Source: an archaeon (GTDB taxonomy: Archaea > Nanobdellota > Nanobdellia > Woesearchaeales > UBA9642). Taken from it: 64,000 bases of DNA. A program made the translations under genes and the position numbers. Shown here one piece after another: positions 28,185 through 38,225 of this stretch (its first letter is position 1; the number at the start of each line of letters is the position of its first letter). The notes under the pieces were generated by a model. That model saw nothing but the letters and a program-made list of their open reading frames with translations, was not told the DNA's origin and ran no database searches. The stretch is taken from NCBI GenBank assembly GCA_020057295.1, contig JAGVGF010000005.1, positions 1 through 64,000 of the forward strand, written 5' to 3'.

Positions 28185-30185
28185 TTACTTCTTTTCTTCT
28201 ACAGGAACTATAATATCATCTCTATACTTTTTTAATATTACAATCATTTCCTTTCTAGTTTTGCATTGAGCCATCTTTTTAGATAGTTCCTTATTCTTAT
28301 TCAACTCAAACCAAGATGCAAAGTCATTATGTCTCTTACCAACATACTCCTCGAATTCTTTATCAGTCATTTTTTCTAATTCTTCCAATAAATCCTTTTC
28401 GCTCATCAATAATACACCATTCTTTAACTTGAAATATTTGTCTATTGTTGGTTCTTTATGTACTAATTGCTTAGCGATTGGTTTTTTGCTTATGAATTGT
28501 ACTTTTGAAGCCTTCTGGATTAATAACACTAAAATGAACAACACAACAATATATGCTCCTAATAGTATAAATTCCATGTATACATCATTCCACGATGATT
28601 CAAATACCGTTAATCTCTTTAACAATTCTGATGCCATCACATAAGGATTATATTTTGCGGCTTCTTGAATATACGGTGCCATAGTCTCTAATGGCAATAT
28701 CAAATTCGACAGGAATAAGAACACACTGCCTATGCTTATACTTGCCATAGTTACAGCATCCTGACTGTTGAACATATAACCAATGAGCATTCCGATTAAT
28801 GTAAATAAAGATATTGCTCCAACTATTAATAATGCTGTTAACGCAAGATTTGAGAATATTGAAGTATTCAAGAAATAATACGCTAACGCTAATATGAATA
28901 TTATCTGTAATATTACAACAAAGAAACTTGTTAAGAATACAGACATTACAAATGTCAAATCTTTAGTTGGCGTTGTAAAGTTTCTGAAGTAAGCCTTACT
29001 TGTCTTCTCCATAATGATTATATTACTGGATAACATTATTCCTATGAATACAATAATTAATATTATGAAGTAAGGGAATATAAAATTCAGATTGCTTGTT
29101 TTGGATGTTATTGGTTTTATTGTTGTCTTTATAGGATTAACAATACTTTCTGCGCTAGTGACTTTTAATGCATTAATTTGCGAGTTGGCTGTCTCTATTA
29201 ATGATTTTAGTTCATCAAGGTTAGTCTTTACCTCTGCTAGTGTTTGTATATTTTGTGTTATAGCAGTTGACGAGTCTGAAGTTGCAGTCTTTGCAGTATT
29301 TAACTTCTGATTCATTTTGTCAACATCATCTGATAAACTGTTAATCTTATTCATTAACGTGTCAAGATCGGCTGTTGTAGTATTAGCTTGAGTATTTATT
29401 GCAGTTTGCATAGTTACTAAATTGCTATTGAATGAAGACATTATGTTGCTTCCATTGCCTGCTGTATTCCCATTCATTGCAGTTACTACAGCTTGTCCTG
29501 CTGTAACAACATCGCTACCTTTCGTTTTTAACGAAGTTATATCTGTTCTTAGAGTATCTGATTGTGTTGTGACTGATCCTAAATTAACGCTAGAAGTTGA
29601 TAAGTCTAAACTACCAAGTTTACTACTTACAGTATCTAACTTTCCAGAAATGTCGTTTACTGAAGATTTTAGTTTTATTACACGTAATAATTCTTCATTA
29701 TTGGATTTCTTTGTACTATCTATTACGTTTATAAGATCATTAGTCATTTGATAACTTAATTGTGTACTTGTTAATGCAATCTTTGAAGATACAGTATCGA
29801 TGACAGCGTACACAAAATTTGCTCTTGACTGGTCTACATAGAATTGTAATTCATTCGTTTTATTGTTGTCAATTCTGAAATCCGAAGGGAATATTATACA
29901 TAAATGTACTTTACCTTGTTCTATCATTCCAGTACACTGTTTTTCAGATTCATAAGATATAACTAAAAAATTAGGATTTTCTTCTAATGCTTTAACAAAA
30001 GATGTTGTTAATTCTGTTTTATTATCAGAATAATATCCTACATTAAGTTTAGACATTGTGGTGTTATTGAATGCGAATCCTACAAGCAACATTATTAGTA
30101 ATGGTCCAAAAACTACCACAAGCATCGAAGTCTTAGATCTCATCAATAATTTCAAATTTTTGGATGTTATTTTTAAAACTTTCAT
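28185..30185 (-). CDS. ABC-2 type permease with long extracellular coiled coil and C-terminal DUF5752-like domain
   Basis: N-terminal TM, heptad-rich ectodomain, five C-terminal TMs with EK..RNFTTP and PLETM..NP motifs, cytoplasmic tail YFKL..NDFASW. Confidence 0.85.
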   Translation of the reverse strand: MKVLKITSKNLKLLMRSKTSMLVVVFGPLLIMLLVGFAFNNTTMSKLNVGYYSDNKTELTTSFVKALEENPNFLVISYESEKQCTGMIEQGKVHLCIIFPSDFRIDNNKTNELQFYVDQSRANFVYAVIDTVSSKIALTSTQLSYQMTNDLINVIDSTKKSNNEELLRVIKLKSSVNDISGKLDTVSSKLGSLDLSTSSVNLGSVTTQSDTLRTDITSLKTKGSDVVTAGQAVVTAMNGNTAGNGSNIMSSFNSNLVTMQTAINTQANTTTADLDTLMNKINSLSDDVDKMNQKLNTAKTATSDSSTAITQNIQTLAEVKTNLDELKSLIETANSQINALKVTSAESIVNPIKTTIKPITSKTSNLNFIFPYFIILIIVFIGIMLSSNIIIMEKTSKAYFRNFTTPTKDLTFVMSVFLTSFFVVILQIIFILALAYYFLNTSIFSNLALTALLIVGAISLFTLIGMLIGYMFNSQDAVTMASISIGSVFLFLSNLILPLETMAPYIQEAAKYNPYVMASELLKRLTVFESSWNDVYMEFILLGAYIVVLFILVLLIQKASKVQFISKKPIAKQLVHKEPTIDKYFKLKNGVLLMSEKDLLEELEKMTDKEFEEYVGKRHNDFASWFELNKNKELSKKMAQCKTRKEMIVILKKYRDDIIVPVEEKK

Positions 30186-30210
30186 GATTTATTGTCTAGA
30201 GTTGAAGCAC

Positions 30211-31248
30211 TTATCTCTTTTTACGCTCTTTCTTCTCCTCTTCCTCTTCTTCTTTTTCTTCAGCTTTATCTTGTTCAGAGCCGCTAATATTAATGAATAT
30301 CTCATCTAAAGTTGGTCTTGTAACTTTTAAATCTACGATTGTCTCTTTTAGTTCTTCTAATTTCTTCATTAAGGCATTTAGTACAACTTCAGGTTTTGAA
30401 GTATATATTACTAATTTCGTACCCTTATCTTCTATTCTTGCAATCTCTTTTAATGCTTCAGCGTTTTTAATATTAGATATCTGATCATAATTTCCTGGGA
30501 ATGTTTCTAAATGTATTTCTTCATGCTGTGAGAATCTTTGTTTTAATTCGTTTGGTGTTCCTATAGCCAATACTTTACCTTCTTTTAATATAGCAATTCT
30601 ACTACATAATAATTCTAATTCTGATAAATGGTGTGACGCGAGAATTATTGTTGTTCCACGCTTATTGATTTTTCTAACTAATCTCCATATATGATTTCTT
30701 AGTAATGGATCTAAATCTGCTGTTGGCTCGTCTAAAATTAATATTCTAGGATCATGTATTAATGAGCAGGCCATATCTAGTCTTCGCTGCATTCCGCCAG
30801 AAAGATTTTTAGCTTGCCTATTTTCTGAACCTTGTAAATCCATAAGATTAATTAGCGTTGTAACATTAGATTTTAATGTATCAGGAGTCAAACTATATAA
30901 TGTTCCAAAATAATTTAAATTTTCTTTAACTGTTAATGTAGTATAGAACGAAGGATTTTGTGCAGCCATTCCAACAACCTTCTTTAATTCATCAGTATGC
31001 TTGAATACTGATTTGAATATGTGTGAATCTTTATGTTCAAGTAAATGTTCAGTCCTAAATGAGACTTCTCCTGTTTCTGGTTTCAAAAATCCTATAAGTA
31101 TGCTTAATAACGTGCTTTTACCTGATCCTGATGCTCCAATTATTCCAAATATTTCTCCAGCATTTATCTCTAAATCAATATTATCTAGAACAACTCTTCT
31201 GTCGAAAACCTTACTTACCCCTTTTACCTTAAATATTGGTGTAGACAT
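30211..31248 (-). CDS. ABC transporter ATP-binding protein (DrrA-like exporter)
   Basis: GASGSGKST, LSGGMQRR, ILDEPT, H-loop. Confidence 0.95.
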   Translation of the reverse strand: MSTPIFKVKGVSKVFDRRVVLDNIDLEINAGEIFGIIGASGSGKSTLLSILIGFLKPETGEVSFRTEHLLEHKDSHIFKSVFKHTDELKKVVGMAAQNPSFYTTLTVKENLNYFGTLYSLTPDTLKSNVTTLINLMDLQGSENRQAKNLSGGMQRRLDMACSLIHDPRILILDEPTADLDPLLRNHIWRLVRKINKRGTTIILASHHLSELELLCSRIAILKEGKVLAIGTPNELKQRFSQHEEIHLETFPGNYDQISNIKNAEALKEIARIEDKGTKLVIYTSKPEVVLNALMKKLEELKETIVDLKVTRPTLDEIFINISGSEQDKAEEKEEEEEEKKERKKR

Positions 31249-31324
31249 AACGATATAATCTCTATAATTCGTATATATAAATATTTCGAAAGATAAATAG
31301 TAAAATCGACCATACGAAAGGCGA

Positions 31325-32338
31325 CTATGCTAAACGTTTAATCTTATATCTATTAGAAGTAACAATTTCAGCTATAATTCTATTGTTTGTAGTATAATCT
31401 AATCCTGCTTCTTGTCTTGGCGATAATAAGTCTGCCAGTACCATAATATTTCTTATATATCCTACTGTTTCAGGAATGTTTGGTAAACCTTGATTGTTTC
31501 TTGTAGTTCCTAAGCCAGAATTATATGATGCTATTCCTCTTAGAATATTATGCCACCATTTTCCACCAAAATGCCTTTCGCACTCTCTACATAATAATGC
31601 TAGATACTTTGCAGATTTTTCTATCGCTAATTCAGGGTTTAATCTATCATCAACAATCGAATTCTTATGAACTCTAAATGCTTGCTCAAACTCTAATAAT
31701 AGTTTTCCGCGTTTAGAAATAACAGCATCATATTCTAATTTGTAACGTTCAGCATCCTTGAAATTGTTTCTCTTAAAATTACGCATGGCAGCATTAAATA
31801 ATCTTGAAGAATTTTTATTAACTTGTGCTAATGTTGTTTCATACATGAATAGTTCTGGATGTGTCCCTTTAGTATAAACATGCATCCCCATATCTGAAGC
31901 TGTTGGACGCATAAATTGTGCAATACCCATCGCTGGAGCCGGAGAAATTGCGTAAGGATTGAATGAAGATTCTTGTATTAATAATGCAAAGTGATATTCT
32001 GGAGGAACATCAAATATTGCCCTAAAGTCGCTATTATGTTTTAATATTAATTCTAAGTAAGGTCTAGATTTAGGATGTTTTCGTTCTGTTATTTGTCCGA
32101 CTATTTCACAATATCGTGTACGATTATAATTATCTGACAAAGGTTTTTCGTAAGATGTATCAATTATATCTCCGCCGACATCTTTGACAGCATCATCAAT
32201 TGAAGAAACAGTACTCGACATAACATTGCCTTGGCTTTTACCTGATTGACTGGATATTCTAAACGACATATACCCTACGCCTAATGCTGGTACGACCGTT
32301 TTTAAGAATGTTTTTCTATCCATTGTATTGCCAAACAT
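31325..32338 (-). CDS. Lytic transglycosylase (SLT/GH23) with Tat-like signal
   Basis: IQESSFNPYAIS, AMGIAQFM, NPELAIEKSAKYL, ASYNSG and PETVGYI motifs; N-terminal DRKTFLK. Confidence 0.88.
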   Translation of the reverse strand: MFGNTMDRKTFLKTVVPALGVGYMSFRISSQSGKSQGNVMSSTVSSIDDAVKDVGGDIIDTSYEKPLSDNYNRTRYCEIVGQITERKHPKSRPYLELILKHNSDFRAIFDVPPEYHFALLIQESSFNPYAISPAPAMGIAQFMRPTASDMGMHVYTKGTHPELFMYETTLAQVNKNSSRLFNAAMRNFKRNNFKDAERYKLEYDAVISKRGKLLLEFEQAFRVHKNSIVDDRLNPELAIEKSAKYLALLCRECERHFGGKWWHNILRGIASYNSGLGTTRNNQGLPNIPETVGYIRNIMVLADLLSPRQEAGLDYTTNNRIIAEIVTSNRYKIKRLA

Positions 32339-32492
32339 AATTATATACTCTTCTTATAATCGTACAATAAAAACTTTACTCTTTCGAAATTTTAATTTTT
32401 CGTCCATAGAGAGTTACAAAAAAAGAAACTTTTCCGTCTGTATTTTCGAAAGATTAATATATTCTCACTGTGCAATTCAGTGTAGATGTTTT

Positions 32493-33455
32493 ATGCTTAG
32501 AAACAAAAATAAAAAATTAAGTTTAACTGCTCTAGTTCTCACGGCAATTCTTTCTACAACCACGCCAGAAATTCTTGTGTCACAAGAAATTATTGCATCT
32601 CGTAGCGATTCAGAGAATGCTTCTGGAAGCAAATTTCCAAAAAAATATCCTAACTTAGTAATACCTGAATTTAATCAATCATATCATATAGTTATTCCGA
32701 ATTTCTTTATCGTTAAAGACGCTGTATTTGACAGTGCTGCATCATGGAAAAGTTTTATTACAACAAATAATGAAGAGCTAATACAAGTTATTGATGGAAA
32801 AGCAGATATAAAAATACCTTTATTATATGCTCTGAATGTAGAGTTCAAAACAAAACTTGGTTATAGCAAGAAAGCAAAATCTTACATTCCTCTTGAAAGT
32901 ATTGTAGCTACCAGAACAGGAAATTCTGATTTAACATCTTATGACAGTTCAGTAGCACGTCGAGAATTTGCTGACTGGCAAAATATAAGAACAATTTCAC
33001 ACATGATATTCAATTACGACAGAGGAACAGTAAGAACACCCACAAATACATATAAAAAAGGAGTGAGAGATACATTAACATACATCGATGAAACAGTACT
33101 TGATATGCAATCAGCATATTTTATACTTGTAGAACATGCATTTAATACTAAATCACCTTCAGATACTACGATTAATATGATATATAATGGGACAATACAT
33201 CATGTACATGTCGATGTAGAAGATTTTTTGTTGGAAAAGAATGGAAGGACTTACAAAGGCAAAAAAATAATCGGACATTTGACAGAAAAGAAAACAATTA
33301 ATGGAAAAGTAATGTATAAACCTTTTTTTGATGGAATAGAAAAACTTACACTTTACGTTGACGAGAAAACAAGATGTCCTATCAAAGTAGAAGCGGAAGT
33401 AACAATTATGTTCAAATTAAAACCTTACGCAGCTATAGAAGAATTAAGAAATTAG
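32493..33455 (+). CDS. Secreted protein, DUF3108-like (tentative)
   Basis: Signal peptide from the ATG at 32493; beta-rich; LDMQSAYF and LYVDEKTRCPIKV resemble DUF3108. Confidence 0.55.
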   Translation: MLRNKNKKLSLTALVLTAILSTTTPEILVSQEIIASRSDSENASGSKFPKKYPNLVIPEFNQSYHIVIPNFFIVKDAVFDSAASWKSFITTNNEELIQVIDGKADIKIPLLYALNVEFKTKLGYSKKAKSYIPLESIVATRTGNSDLTSYDSSVARREFADWQNIRTISHMIFNYDRGTVRTPTNTYKKGVRDTLTYIDETVLDMQSAYFILVEHAFNTKSPSDTTINMIYNGTIHHVHVDVEDFLLEKNGRTYKGKKIIGHLTEKKTINGKVMYKPFFDGIEKLTLYVDEKTRCPIKVEAEVTIMFKLKPYAAIEELRN

Positions 33456-33513
33456 TTTAAAATTTCAGAAACAAATTTGATAAAATATAAGAAAAGAAGA
33501 ATTAATAAAAAAA

Positions 33514-33972
33514 TTATTCTTTTTCAGCTACAAAATTTACTTTTATAGTTCCTTTAGCTGTTTGAACCTTTTCAATTGCAGACTTAGTTGCAAAATCTGT
33601 GGTTATATTGTAAACTTTAGTAACAATGCCTGATCCTAACAATTTATTACAGCCTAAGTCTTTCAAGTTTATATGATACACATTACCTTCCTTTCTTGCT
33701 TTTCCTTCTTTAATTAAAAGGTCTAAGTGTGTTTCTATATAGAATAAATTAGTATACTTTATTTTTACAGTATTTTTTGAATCGAAACCATGTCTACCAA
33801 AATATTTTGTATCTTTCCATATCATTGTCTTCTTTTGGTCTGCTTTCTTTCCAGTACCAGCCATTCCGACACCGCCCTGATGGCCTGATCCTCTATGCTT
33901 CTTCTTACTACCGTAACCGTGAGTGTGATGTCCTCTTAATTTGATTGCTTTTTTTCTTTTGTTTAATGACAT
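33514..33972 (-). CDS. rpl15: 50S ribosomal protein uL15
   Basis: RGHHTHGYG..KHRGSG..GG.GMAG, KLLGSG; operon position. Confidence 0.95.
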   Translation of the reverse strand: MSLNKRKKAIKLRGHHTHGYGSKKKHRGSGHQGGVGMAGTGKKADQKKTMIWKDTKYFGRHGFDSKNTVKIKYTNLFYIETHLDLLIKEGKARKEGNVYHINLKDLGCNKLLGSGIVTKVYNITTDFATKSAIEKVQTAKGTIKVNFVAEKE

Positions 33973-34021
33973 TTTGTGACCTCAATAAATATTATTTGTT
34001 AATAGCATTCTAAACATTGAA

Positions 34022-34390
34022 TTATATCATCTTTTTTAATAAGATATTTATCTTTTCCTTCCTGTATCCTAATGCGCCTTTATCACTGAATGGATTTTTT
34101 ATGCCTCTTCGCTCAAAGCCGCCTCTTGGAGGATTTAAATGGAAATAGTTAACTGGCTTTCCTGCCTTAATCATACCACGTTTCTCAACTAATAATTTAT
34201 ATGTTTCATCATCAATTTCGCCGTATGTGGTATAATCTTTTATTTTGTCTAACATACCCATTAATGAATCTGTTTTTGGATATACTGAACATGTATGTTT
34301 CTTGTGTAGTTTCAACATTCTCATTGTTGATTCTATTGTACTCTTAACATCGTCTGTTCCCCTTATCCTGATAATTGCAATCTTAGTCAT
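34022..34390 (-). CDS. rpl30: 50S ribosomal protein uL30
   Basis: IAIIRIRG, FHLNPPRGG, GALGYR. Confidence 0.93.
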   Translation of the reverse strand: MTKIAIIRIRGTDDVKSTIESTMRMLKLHKKHTCSVYPKTDSLMGMLDKIKDYTTYGEIDDETYKLLVEKRGMIKAGKPVNYFHLNPPRGGFERRGIKNPFSDKGALGYRKEKINILLKKMI

Positions 34391-34405
34391 TTTTTACCTG
34401 CTATT

Positions 34406-35203
34406 TTACTCTTTTTTTTGTTCAGATTTTTTTGGTCCTGTGATTATGGACAATTGTTTTATATGCTTTTCCTGTATCTTTGTACTGTTTAATTTATTTA
34501 ATGCATCTTCTAATGCCTTAACTACATTAATCATGTTTCTTGATTGTCCTCTAATCTTTGACCATATATCTTGAATTCCTGCTAACTTTAACACTTTAGC
34601 TATTTCTTTTTGTGCTTTTAATCCAGTTCCTTTAGGTGCTGGTTTTAATTCGACAGTTACTGAACCACATTTTCCAATTACTGTAAATGGGATACTGTTT
34701 GGTTCTGTTCTTGCATCTGCCCATGATCCTGAACCTCTAACAACTCTGATTAATGATAATTTTGCTTTTCTAACTGCCTTTTCTCTTGCAGGGACTGTTT
34801 CTTTTGCTTTACCGAAACCAAGTCCTACATATCCGTCCTTGTTACCAACCACAGCATATGTTGAAAACTTAGGTTTATTACCTTCTTTAGTTTTTTTCTG
34901 TGTTTGTCTGAATACTCTTCTGGATCCTCCGCCGAATTTACCTTTGGATTGTCCGATCATTAACAAGTCTGATTCTATATCTGGTAATAACATATCAACT
35001 ATTTCTGGTTCTAATATAGGTTTACCAGTTGCTAAAACATCTTCCATTGAAGTGATTTGTCTAGACTTAACTTTTCTACCAAGATCTGTTTTTGGATGCC
35101 ATTTGTCTAAATTTGCACTCATCTTAACAGTCTCTATTTTATCTTCTTCAATAGGAACTATTAATACCTTCTCTGTTTCTTTTTCAATTGGTTGTGGTGA
35201 CAT
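34406..35203 (-). CDS. rps5: 30S ribosomal protein uS5
   Basis: WHPKTDLGRKV, VVGNKDGYVGLG, PAPKGTGL. Confidence 0.96.
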   Translation of the reverse strand: MSPQPIEKETEKVLIVPIEEDKIETVKMSANLDKWHPKTDLGRKVKSRQITSMEDVLATGKPILEPEIVDMLLPDIESDLLMIGQSKGKFGGGSRRVFRQTQKKTKEGNKPKFSTYAVVGNKDGYVGLGFGKAKETVPAREKAVRKAKLSLIRVVRGSGSWADARTEPNSIPFTVIGKCGSVTVELKPAPKGTGLKAQKEIAKVLKLAGIQDIWSKIRGQSRNMINVVKALEDALNKLNSTKIQEKHIKQLSIITGPKKSEQKKE

Positions 35204-35246
35204 TTTATTAATCCTCAATTATTTTGATAATCTCTATAAACATAAT

Positions 35247-35777
35247 TTACTTTGATAATTTAGCTTTCAAATCAGCAAATGATTTCTCCATATCTGCTGG
35301 TGAAGTCTTAAACTGTTTACTGATTGCACCGTATGCAACAATATGTTTACCCATTATTCTATCTTCTGATGGGAAAATATCTTCTGATGCTGGAACTTCT
35401 AAACCGTTATCTCTTGCGCCTTTTAATGCAGCATATAATCTTGATGATGCTTTTGGTTGTAGACCAAAATCTGCTATTGCTTTCTTTACGCCCTTCTTCT
35501 TAGCTTTTTGTGCTGCAAGCATTCCTGTTAAATATGCTGCTGGAAGATTTCCTGTAGCATGTTTCCATCCTAATTTTTTTAATTCTGTACTGTTAACAGT
35601 TACGATTACTTTATCTCCTGCATCTGCATAATCTACAACTTGAACAATGATATTCTTGTTAGTTCGTCTTATAACTAATCTAGATATTCCACTAACTAAC
35701 ATCTTTAAACGTTTTTTATAGTCTGTTCGACCTTCAGTTTTTCGTCTGTATGCTGCAACTTTTATAGTATGTCTCAT
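35247..35777 (-). CDS. rpl18: 50S ribosomal protein uL18
   Basis: RRKTEGRTDYKKR, NLPAAYLTG. Confidence 0.95.
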   Translation of the reverse strand: MRHTIKVAAYRRKTEGRTDYKKRLKMLVSGISRLVIRRTNKNIIVQVVDYADAGDKVIVTVNSTELKKLGWKHATGNLPAAYLTGMLAAQKAKKKGVKKAIADFGLQPKASSRLYAALKGARDNGLEVPASEDIFPSEDRIMGKHIVAYGAISKQFKTSPADMEKSFADLKAKLSK

Positions 35778-35787
35778 TGTTAATCAC

Positions 35788-36312
35788 TTATTTGTTATTT
35801 ATTAATCTCTTTGATTTCTTTTCAGATTTTTCTTCGACATTAACTTTCTTTAATGCTTCTTTGTTTACGAATAATTCTTCGTGCTCTTCTAAGTATAATT
35901 TAATGTGTCTCTTACTTCTGAAATATCCGCCTTTACTCTTTAAGTATAATTCTCTGTATGCTAATCTTGTTATAATTCCTTTTTCTAATAATAATTTTAT
36001 GAATGCTCTTTGAACTCGTACTAGGCGCATCCAAGTTTGTTTAGGCTTAAATCGTGCACCAAACTTACCTTTCTTTGTACCTTCGCCTTTTCTTCGTCCT
36101 TTTCTTTTCTGCATTGCTAACTTTCTAGCATTTACTTTTGAAGTGAAATTTCCTGGCTTCTTACTGATTGCACCGTCACCAATTAATAACTTTAGATCTC
36201 TCTTAGTTATTGCTTGTTTAATATCTTCTAATCTATCATTATCAAATACTACTCTGTCCGGTCCACAATTCAATACTTGTGCTGCCAATCTTTTTTGAAC
36301 TTTTAAATCCAT
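35788..36312 (-). CDS. rpl19e: 50S ribosomal protein eL19
   Basis: QKRLAAQVL, GRRKGEGTKKG, YLKSKGG. Confidence 0.95.
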   Translation of the reverse strand: MDLKVQKRLAAQVLNCGPDRVVFDNDRLEDIKQAITKRDLKLLIGDGAISKKPGNFTSKVNARKLAMQKRKGRRKGEGTKKGKFGARFKPKQTWMRLVRVQRAFIKLLLEKGIITRLAYRELYLKSKGGYFRSKRHIKLYLEEHEELFVNKEALKKVNVEEKSEKKSKRLINNK

Positions 36313-36364
36313 ATTAATCACTCGTTATATTGATAGTTATTTTATTTAATGTTATATTTTATTT

Positions 36365-36985
36365 TTAATTTTGACCATGTATGATTACATCATCTTTTAC
36401 TTTCTTCTCTTCGGCCTTTTGCTCATCTATCTCTTCAGGAGTTTCTACAGACTTATCCTTTTTCTCTTTGTCTTTCTCCTTCTTTTCTGCCTTCTTTAAT
36501 GAGTCTTCTATTGTCTTTTTCTTCTTTTCTGTCTTTTGTTCTTTATCCTTCTTTTTATCTTCTGCTACCTTAGCAACCTTTGCCTTGAACTTATCGACTT
36601 TGATATTTAATACTTGTAATTTTAATGTTTCAGCTTTATTGACTATTTCTAATCTTTTCTTATTGCCTACTGTTGCTGCAATCATTACACCTTGACTTGC
36701 TGGTTTGATTGTTTCTAATTCTTTAACGTTATGAATCATTACAACTTCTAATCCTTTTTGGTGTAAACCTCGAACTTCTACTGGACTTCTCCATCCTTGT
36801 TTTACTCTTCGAGCGTAACCTTTGAATTGGTGTCGCATCTTACTCTGTAAACCAGTTGGTCTTCTCCAATGATCTCCGATTCTCTTCTTCTTGTGGAAGT
36901 CTTGCTGCTTAAACTCTGGTTTCTTATCTTTTATTGTCTTTCGGACTTCGAGTAGTTTCTTTTTGTCGCTTTTCTTTTCGGTCAT
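36365..36985 (-). CDS. rpl32e: 50S ribosomal protein eL32 with K/E-rich C-terminal extension
   Basis: KPEFKQQD..WRRPTGLQSKMR, RGLH. Confidence 0.93.
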   Translation of the reverse strand: MTEKKSDKKKLLEVRKTIKDKKPEFKQQDFHKKKRIGDHWRRPTGLQSKMRHQFKGYARRVKQGWRSPVEVRGLHQKGLEVVMIHNVKELETIKPASQGVMIAATVGNKKRLEIVNKAETLKLQVLNIKVDKFKAKVAKVAEDKKKDKEQKTEKKKKTIEDSLKKAEKKEKDKEKKDKSVETPEEIDEQKAEEKKVKDDVIIHGQN

Positions 36986-37005
36986 TTTACACCTTGAATA
37001 TAATC

Positions 37006-37554
37006 TTATTTCATATCTACGCCATCTTTGTTAGTGATATATATTCCATCTTGAAATATTCTTCTATCAAAGTTTGGTCTTCTTGTTATTTGTTCTATTG
37101 CAGCTGCTGTTTGTGCTGCTAATTCTTTATTAGGACTTGTAACTGTGATATCTGGTTCTTTTACAACAACATCAACGCCAGGTTTTATCTTTAATGTTCT
37201 TGGAACTGTTTCTCCCATATAATTTTTTACTTCTAACACACTATTTTTATATGTTATTTTCATTGGGAAGTGTCCTGAACATATTTTTAATTTGTATACA
37301 CAAGTATTTAGTACTCCTTTGAACATATTCTTTAAGTGTGCTTCTGTACTGAATATCGCTGCTTTTTCTCTTTTGGAAGGTTTTAGTGCAACAAATACTA
37401 TGTTGTTTCCTTCCTTAGTTATTTGAATTTTTGGAAATATGAAACTTCTCTTTACTTCTCCTTTAGGACCTTTAACAGTAAATAAGCCTGCATGTATATC
37501 TACAGCGACCTTTTCAGGAATTTCTATTTCATATTTCATTTGATCTGCTTTCAT
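37006..37554 (-). CDS. rpl6: 50S ribosomal protein uL6
   Basis: VKGPKGE, HFPM, DRRIFQDGIYI. Confidence 0.96.
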   Translation of the reverse strand: MKADQMKYEIEIPEKVAVDIHAGLFTVKGPKGEVKRSFIFPKIQITKEGNNIVFVALKPSKREKAAIFSTEAHLKNMFKGVLNTCVYKLKICSGHFPMKITYKNSVLEVKNYMGETVPRTLKIKPGVDVVVKEPDITVTSPNKELAAQTAAAIEQITRRPNFDRRIFQDGIYITNKDGVDMK

Positions 37555-37590
37555 TGTATCACTTTGTTAATTAATAATCATAATTTAATT

Positions 37591-37980
37591 TTAGTAACAG
37601 TAACAAACTAATCTTCCGCCTAAGTTCTTTTCCTTAGCCTGAATGTGTGTCATTAATCCTTGCGATGTTGATATAATCATTATACCGAAATCTTTTGCTG
37701 GTAAGTATCTCTTCTCGAATTTTTCGTAATCATCCTTTTTAACATTGAATCTTGGCTTGATTACTCCGACCTTGTTGATTGCACCGATTAATTGTATTGA
37801 TAATAATTTTCCTTTGCCATCTTCAATCTCTTTATATTCTCCTAGATACATTTGTTCATTAAGTATTGTTAATACTTGTCTGATGAATTTTGAATTGTTA
37901 CCTACTACAATCTCTTTTCTTCCTAACTTTTCATGATTGTTTACGTAAGACAATACGTTTGCTAATGGGTCATTTAACAT
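37591..37980 (-). CDS. rps8: 30S ribosomal protein uS8
   Basis: DPLAN, IKPRF, STSQGLMTH, GGRL. Confidence 0.96.
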   Translation of the reverse strand: MLNDPLANVLSYVNNHEKLGRKEIVVGNNSKFIRQVLTILNEQMYLGEYKEIEDGKGKLLSIQLIGAINKVGVIKPRFNVKKDDYEKFEKRYLPAKDFGIMIISTSQGLMTHIQAKEKNLGGRLVCYCY

Positions 37981-37993
37981 TTTATACACCTAA

Positions 37994-38224
37994 TTAATTA
38001 TATTTTTTGAATCCTATTTTTGTAGCTATATCTCTAAAGCAGTGTCTGCATAAATTTATGCCGTACTTGCTGATATGTGCTCCTGTTCTGCCGCATCTCT
38101 TACACTTCTTGTTCAATGCACCACCAGTTCTAATCTTTGGTACACTGTACTTTGTATGTTTTGCAAGCTTTCCAGGTTTTGATTGTAATTGTTTTAATAC
38201 TTTAGTATGATCTGTAGTAGTCAT
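37994..38224 (-). CDS. rps14: 30S ribosomal protein uS14 (zinc type)
   Basis: CKRCG...LCRHCFR..GFKKY. Confidence 0.95.
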   Translation of the reverse strand: MTTTDHTKVLKQLQSKPGKLAKHTKYSVPKIRTGGALNKKCKRCGRTGAHISKYGINLCRHCFRDIATKIGFKKYN

Positions 38225-38225
38225 T

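Noticed and set aside
12915-32338. Bacterial contamination or chimeric contig to explain bacterial-type genes
   Set aside because: These genes are interleaved with archaeal markers (radA, nip7, pdaD), share composition and carry TATA-type promoters; read-level confirmation is still advisable
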